Shown piece by piece: positions 57,589 through 64,000 of a stretch of DNA of 64,000 nt (position 1 is its first letter; every line of letters starts with the position of its first letter). The notes under the pieces were generated by a model that was not told where the DNA came from, made no database searches, and worked only from the letters and a program-made list of their open reading frames with translations. The position numbers and the translations under genes were made by a program. The stretch is from Oculina patagonica (Eukaryota), in contig NC_135769.1 in NCBI RefSeq assembly GCF_052425735.1, positions 15,562,001 to 15,626,000 on the forward strand, read 5' to 3'.

Positions 57589-59933
57589 AAAATTCCTGAC
57601 TCTTTCAAAAAAACGAGTAAGCAATGTTGAACAAAAAATGATGTATAAAAGGCTAATAATGGATATAAACAATTAAAATGAACCAAACGTTTTTGAAATG
57701 TTAGTAATAAAGATGTGTATGCCTAGCTGTAAGTCTTGTATTTGTAAATAAGTCGAAATTAGCGTAAGGCAATGTAATGTATGGTTGTAAGCAGTGTGTA
57801 TCATTTTCTCACTTTTTTATTTATAAGTGTATTTGTAAAATGTAAATGTTTTCGAAATAAAAAAATGTTAAAAATAGTTTTGATTCCGTAACGAATAATA
57901 CCTCACTCAGACAGAGGGAAGCACTTTAGTTAGCAAAAGAATAGCACTGTCGAACTCTTTCTTTTGGCCTGGGGAGAGTAGTACTCCCTATAGTGGACTG
58001 TACGTGGAGGTGCTCCGCACGAAAGGGGCGCCTTTATCAGGCTTGAAGTATCTAAAAGGGTAGGCATTTCACGTGTAGGAGTATAGAAAAGGTAAGGAAA
58101 ATTGTCTTTTAGGCATTTACAATGTTTTTCAAAATGTCTTGTACCAACTGAACGATTGCTTCATATAATTAAGTATGCTAAGGGGTTATTCAAGCGAAGA
58201 GTTTAGAAATAGTTGCAGTATCCCGCTGGTATGCAAAATGGATATCATTTTCTAATTTTATCGAAGGTATATGAAAAAATTAGGAATAAAAATGAAATGG
58301 TGTATTAAAAGGTGAGGGTTTGGACCTCGGGGTGGAGCCTCCCCAAATAAAGTAAGGAGTCATCAGGCAAAGAATATTATTCGAGACAGGTAAGCCTTTT
58401 TATTGGGTTCAGCTCAAGATTAAGGTTAGCTCTGAAAACGTTTTCATGTGTTCGATGATTACCTGGTTATCAAAGTAGGTTATGTAGGTCCGCAACAGTG
58501 CAGAGAGTGTCCAATCGCTGCATACGCGTTCGTTACCGTGAAGACAGCGGGAAAGGTAAGTACCATTCTGATAATTTTTCATTTTAAGGAAACATCGTTC
58601 TGAAAATGGACTCATTGAGCCTGATAGAGAGGGCGTGTCTACTCTTGGCCGAGGGACAACCTCTGCGGGAGCTAAATAAAGGGTAGTCGAGAGTAGTCGA
58701 GAATTCTCTCGACTATTCTCGGTTAAAGACGTCAGTAGTCTCGAGTAGTAGTTAAATGCGCAAATAAGAACCTGTTTATTATTATTTCCTATTATTAGTC
58801 ATGGTAACTACCTCTCGGAACGAGGCACGCAATTTAATCTTAAAACAACAGACAACAGTTAACGAACGAATGAAAAGAGAGGTTTCAGGAAGTTAGTGGC
58901 TTACTGCAAATTTAAAGATAACTGCAGGAAATATACCAAAACAACACTAGCCATATCTACTTACAAATCCGACATTTTTTCATATTGTGGACCTTATTTA
59001 CAATGGAACTACGTATGTGGTCGATAAGAAAACCACGCCAGCAAACGTTTATTAAATCACTGTTAAATTTCTTGCTTTATAATTCTGAAACGAAATACGA
59101 CAACAAATTGTAAACTGTTTCTTGTATTACATGTCAAGAATTTATGTACACAAACTCCTCGATTTTTGTTGTTAGCTCAATATCCTATAGTTCATGTTTT
59201 TTAACATGACATCTGTTTTTAAGTACAATATCTTAAACACTTTAAACTACATTTCTTTGGGTTTTTGAGTTACTGCTTCTCCAGTGACTTTAAATCGTTT
59301 TGCAATATAGTATCTTTAACTGCAGCGACTACAAAACTAAAATTTTCAGTGTCACTGGCTGTCATAAAATGATGATAAAGACCAACAGACCCCTCTCGTC
59401 GCTTGCTATCAAACATCTGTAAAATGAACCTTTGCACATCTTCCAGCTTTTGTGGATCACCCTGAAACTCTGGGAAGTAGTCCGTGATGTTCGAGTGTTT
59501 GATCTTTTCCGCTAAGAGGTCGGTTTTAGTAAATAACAGGATAATTGACGCGTAAACAGAGAAACGGTCGTTGAACATTAATAATCTTTCAAAGAGGTCG
59601 CACGAATACTCAAGACAATTCACTCCTGGGCTTTCTTCAACTGGGTCGTAAAAATTTGACGACACCAAGAAAATAATACTGGTGTGATATGTCCTGATAT
59701 CCATAAAACAAGCGGATTGAAGGCGTGAGAAGCAACCCCGGTAGCTAAGAAATCCCTGGTCTTTTACACGGGTCACGTTCATAATGAGTCCGCACGTGTG
59801 CATGTCTAAATCGTACTCTACAACTCCGCCATGGCATTTTGCTTCCTTCGCATAGAGAGCATCTAATTTCGTGGGCAGGTATTCCTTCAGTAAAGAAGAA
59901 GTATGTGAGTCAAGATAATTTATTTAAAGTTAA

Positions 59934-60274
59934 AGGAACTGTGTCACGGCTGAGTTAAGTTTATTTTATTTAGTTTTGCCAAATGCTTGCTACAAAATTT
60001 ATGTGGGCAAATAAATTTATTCAATGGATCTTAATGACAAAACCATAGCTTCACTGCAACCAAATGTGTCTTCCGGAGGTTAAAATTTAGAGTTTCAAGC
60101 AAACAGGACTAACTTTGAAAACTGTTCAGCCCAACAATATTTCAAAAAACCCATATCCCAATCCGTTTCAATCTTCGTCACTTTTGGCCATCCGTACCTT
60201 CTTTTGTATTTGTTGTGTTATTGGTCATTTCCCATCACTAAACTGATTTCACTTAAATCCGTGACACAGTCCCT
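59934..60274. mobile_element. MITE with TTAA TSD (Kolobok-like termini)
   Basis: ttaa|AGGAACTGTGTCACGG ... CCGTGACACAGTCCCT|ttaa. Confidence 0.8.
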
Positions 60275-60540
60275 TTAAGGCTTGTTTTCATACAGAAGAT
60301 GCATCATTAGTCAGTACAATCGCTTGATAATTAGCTGAAATAAGAACACTCACCGGCTCACCAATCCGGTCTAAATGTCTGAGAAAGTATTTGGATGGTT
60401 CCTCCTGGAAAATGGAATGGTTAAATAAATTAAACCAAAGCGAGAACGCTTTAAAGAATGTACTAGCAACACTCGACACCATCAGCATCAACAACCACAC
60501 AGAACTACCAATTATAGTATCACTACCTCTACCACTGCCA

Positions 60541-60795
60541 NNNNNNNNNNNNNNNNNNNNNNNNNNNNNNNNNNNNNNNNNNNNNNNNNNNNNNNNNNNN
60601 NNNNNNNNNNNNNNNNNNNNNNNNNNNNNNNNNNNNNNNNNNNNNNNNNNNNNNNNNNNNNNNNNNNNNNNNNNNNNNNNNNNNNNNNNNNNNNNNNNNN
60701 NNNNNNNNNNNNNNNNNNNNNNNNNNNNNNNNNNNNNNNNNNNNNNNNNNNNNNNNNNNNNNNNNNNNNNNNNNNNNNNNNNNNNNNNNNNNNNN
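60541..60795. other. Assembly gap (255 N) within intron 1 of the G-alpha paralogue
   Basis: Run of N flanked by CTA/CCA low-complexity sequence. Confidence 0.99.
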
Positions 60796-60973
60796 CTACT
60801 TCTATGTTGTGTTTCTGGCGTAGATTGACTGAATGAATTATGTAATTTGACGATACGAAGTCCTAAGGGCTATGTTGTTATTTTCAAACGTTTTCAAACA
60901 GTTTTCCTCATTTCTTGAATGTTCTTCTGATACTACTAACTGGAGGACTCCCACTATATGGTAATTATGGTAA

Positions 60974-61373
60974 GGCCATCCCAATAAAATGTTTCGTTTT
61001 CCATCGCCCCGTCCCTTGTGATGGTGGGTCGGTCGGTCGGTCGGGCAAAAAAAAAAAAAGGATGAACACTTGAAGGGTTCTGGGTTCCAGAAAAGGCCCG
61101 GCTGCTACGTAAGAAAGCCTGATTACAAAAGTCAACTCGAAAACGTGGTCTTTTCGTTCGTTATTCCTTAACAGTTTTAAAATAACGTTGTATCGATGTT
61201 TATTAAAAACAAAGACATCACATCATACCAATTGTGTTAATAAAACAAGATCGTGTGCTTGTAAATTGAAGTACTTGCTTCTTTGAATAGTGAACCTGGA
61301 ATTTTTTTTTTTACTTTTCGAAAAAAATGGGTCGGTCGGGCGATGGGAAACGTAACATTTTATTGGGATGGCC
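60974..61373. mobile_element. PIF/Harbinger-type MITE, TAA TSD
   Basis: taa|GGCCATCCCAATAAAATGTT ... AACATTTTATTGGGATGGCC|taa. Confidence 0.85.
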
Positions 61374-62729
61374 TAATTTCAAAACGAAAAAAAGGCGCAG
61401 AAATAAATGGTAATGGATCTAATCGGTGTAAATTGCAATTTACATCAGGATGACAGATTCGATTGACAAGGACGAGTTTGTACATAGTGTTACCTGTTGA
61501 ATAATGAATTTTTGACACTTTTCAGTTTTTTTTTAATAGCTGTCATGATCCGTAACAGTTCGACGGTTTAAAGTCGAGTTCAATATGCATATTACATTGG
61601 CCAAATATACACCTGCCGATAATATTACTGCGAAGTCATGAACACGCTGCATGCTCGCCAGTTAAAGAAGTTGCTGTTTTTCGCGAGCGTTATATGTGTG
61701 TCACGATCAGGGATTTAACATCCTACATACAAAAATAAAATAATGCGCGTTCTCACCATTTGAAATTCTCTTCTTCTGTCGTACGCATCTTGAATCGCTA
61801 TATCCAACCAAAGACTCTTTAAACTCTCGAGATAGCCCATAAACTTGTCCGTGTCGATGTATTGTGGTGCTTTGAAATTCAAGATCTTTTCTGCGTGCTG
61901 TTCGTTCGAAGGATCTTGCCATTCCAGTCTTCAGTTTCTCCAAGCATCAACCAGGACCTTCATGCCCTTGAGAATCTCGCCATAAATTATGGGCCGAAAT
62001 TCATTTAATTCATCGTTGTCGAAATCCTTGCCAAATAACATGCTCGATTGCCTTAAGAACGTGCTCTTCCCGCTTCGTGGGGTCCCTGAAAGCAACACGT
62101 TTATCTGCCTACGGTATCGAACTCTGTCTTCAGCTATTTGTCTGTCTATTGCCCTCGATTGCAATTCCGCTTTGCTGATACTGATACAACAACCGCAGTA
62201 GGCTTCGTACAAACGTTGCGACCTGCTATAGTTAGACATGATAGCAAAACCCACAACCAACAGAGCTGATTATTGTGTTACAAGCCTTGTAGGAATTGGC
62301 CTTCGATCTGCACAGTAAAATTAGATTACGCTAGGCGAGATCAATGGTATGACCGAATGCGGAAAAGGACGGACACTCTCTGTTAAACGCGACGAGCATT
62401 GTATATTCTCCTCATTCTCCCACAGTATCAGGACTCGCACTCACCTTCGCCGGCCGCGTGCGTTTGCCTTGTAATCGCGCGAGTAACCACGGTGACCCTG
62501 GCCAAAACACAGGTAACCAAAGCGTACTATGAGAGTTTGTATAGATGTACTATAAGAGCTTGTATGGATTTGAAATAAAGTTGAGAAAAATATCTCTTTT
62601 TACAGTTGAAGAGTTAATATAAAACTTAAAACCTTACCTGGTGTCACTTTTTTGTCTTTCTTGTGCCTTAGAAAGCCATACGCGTGATTTTCGTCTTAAC
62701 CGTCTGTTGCGTACAAAAAGATATAAATG

Positions 62730-64000
62730 AGTTATGGTACACTTTTATGGTGCACTGTTATATGATGTTGGTTTGGTGCACTGTTGAGTTATGGTGCACT
62801 GTTAAGGTGCACTGTTGAGTTATGGTGCACTGTTAAGGTGCACTGTTGAGTAATGGTGCACTGTAAAGGTGCACTGTTGAGTTATGGTTAAGATGCACTG
62901 TTGAGTAATGGTTAAGGTGCACTGTTGAGTAATGGTTAAGGTGTGTAATAAACGTCACACAGGAAGATATAGACAGTTCCTGAAGTCGTTTTTACTGTTT
63001 TAATCGCGTAGCCGAGTAACAAACAACAACATACACCGAAGTCAAATCGTTCTCTCTACCACGTGCTTTTAGTCCGATCCTTACACTATGTATCATGCAC
63101 AAAGTGTCCCATTACAGGTGCACTGTTGAGTAATGGTTAAGGTGCACTGTTGAGTAATGGTTAAGGTGCACTGTTGAGTTATGGTTAAGGTGCACTGTTG
63201 AGTAATGGTTAAGGTGCACTGTTGAGTAATGGTTAAGGTGCACTGTTGAGTTATGGTTAAGGTGCACTGTTGAGTAATGGTGCACTGTTGAGTTATGGTT
63301 AAGGTGCACTATTGAGTTATGGTTAAGGTGCACTGTTGAGTTATGGTTAAGGTGCACTGTTGAGTTATGGTTAAGGTGCACTGTTGAGTTATGGTTAAGG
63401 TGCACTGTTGAGTAATGGTTAAGGTGCACTGTTGAGTTATGGTTAAGGTGCACTGTTGAGTTATGGTTAAGGTGCACTGTTGAGTAATGGTTAAGGTGCA
63501 CTGTTGAGTAATGGTTAAGGTGCACTGTTGAGTTATGGTTAAGGTGCACTGTTGAGTTATGGTTAAGGTGCACCGTTGAGTAATGGTTAAGGTGCACTGT
63601 TGAGTAATGGTTAAGGTGCACTGTTGAGTAATGGTTAAGGTGCACTGTTGAGTAATGGTTAAGGTGCACTGTTGAGTTATGGTTAAGGTGCACTGTTGAG
63701 TAATGGTGCACTGTAAAGGTGCACTGTTGAGTAATGGTTAAGGTGCACTGTTGAGTTATGGTTAAGGTGCACTGTTGAGTTATGGTTAAGGTGCACTGTT
63801 GAGTAATGGTTAAGGTGCACTGGTTGTGGGTGTAAAGGTGCACTGTTGAGTTATGGTTAAGGTGCACTGTTGAGTAATGGTTAAGGTGCACTGTTGAGTT
63901 ATGGTTAAGGTGCACTGTTGAGTTATGGTTAAGGTGCACTGTTGAGTAATGGTTAGGTGCATTGTTGAGTAATGGTGCACTGTTGTTAAGGTGCACTGTT
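62730..64000 (+). repeat. 24-bp satellite running off the window end
   Basis: Unit GGTGCACTGTTGAGT(A/T)ATGGTTAA; degenerate copies at the left edge. Confidence 0.97.
62944..63116. mobile_element. Putative solo LTR (173 bp) inserted in the satellite
   Basis: ggtg|TGTAAT ... ATTACA|ggtg: TG...CA termini, 6-bp inverted ends, 4-bp TSD taken from the satellite unit. Confidence 0.75.

Larger units (their letters stand above)
59270..62239 (-). pseudogene. Divergent tandem duplicate of the G-alpha-12/13 gene: degenerate GTPase motifs, one in-frame TGA (61933-61931)
   Basis: Exons 62239-61757, 60404-60354, 59884-59270 with the same intron positions and phases as the parent and intact GT-AG sites. 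The frame is open except for AAC-TGA-AGA. G1 GTPRSGKS, no DVGGQ, G4 TKTD, C-terminus LKSLEKQ. Confidence 0.85.

Noticed and set aside
61931-61933. Selenocysteine codon in the G-alpha paralogue
   Set aside because: The TGA aligns to Leu, not Cys, and no SECIS-like AUGA..AA..GA hairpin was seen by eye; not formally excluded without SECISearch.
63112-63996. 294-aa His-rich ORF (HNSTVHLN)n
   Set aside because: Translation of a 24-bp satellite; no real start or splice context, and the repeat register shifts between frames.

Overview
AT-rich, intron-containing animal genomic DNA. The repeat style suggests an anthozoan cnidarian such as a stony coral, which is inference only. Genes reconstructed from splice sites and reading frames: the first two coding exons of RBBP6 (minus) head-to-head with an intronless-CDS SMDT1/EMRE (plus); a ~31-exon ANKFN1/wide-awake orthologue (ankyrin-FN3-RA; 7519-31315, plus); LDAF1/promethin (plus); an intact 3-exon G-alpha-12/13 gene (minus); and, ~11 kb upstream of its start codon, a tandem duplicate of it whose nucleotide-binding and switch motifs are rewritten and which carries one in-frame TGA. 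The most striking structure is a young, 2.4-kb, almost perfectly palindromic Penelope-like retroelement (RT + GIY-YIG). It has a minimal hammerhead ribozyme at each end and is inserted on an ANKFN1 5' splice site, which its 15-bp target-site duplication copies. Both arms share the same +1 frameshift/stop. Two more decayed hammerhead palindromes lie in nearby introns. Other features: a 74-bp CCAAT-rich array, a G-rich minisatellite, a 24-bp satellite containing a solo LTR, a 3.4-kb nest of palindromic elements, several MITEs and tRNA-derived SINEs, and a 255-N gap. All calls were made by eye; no database search was run.
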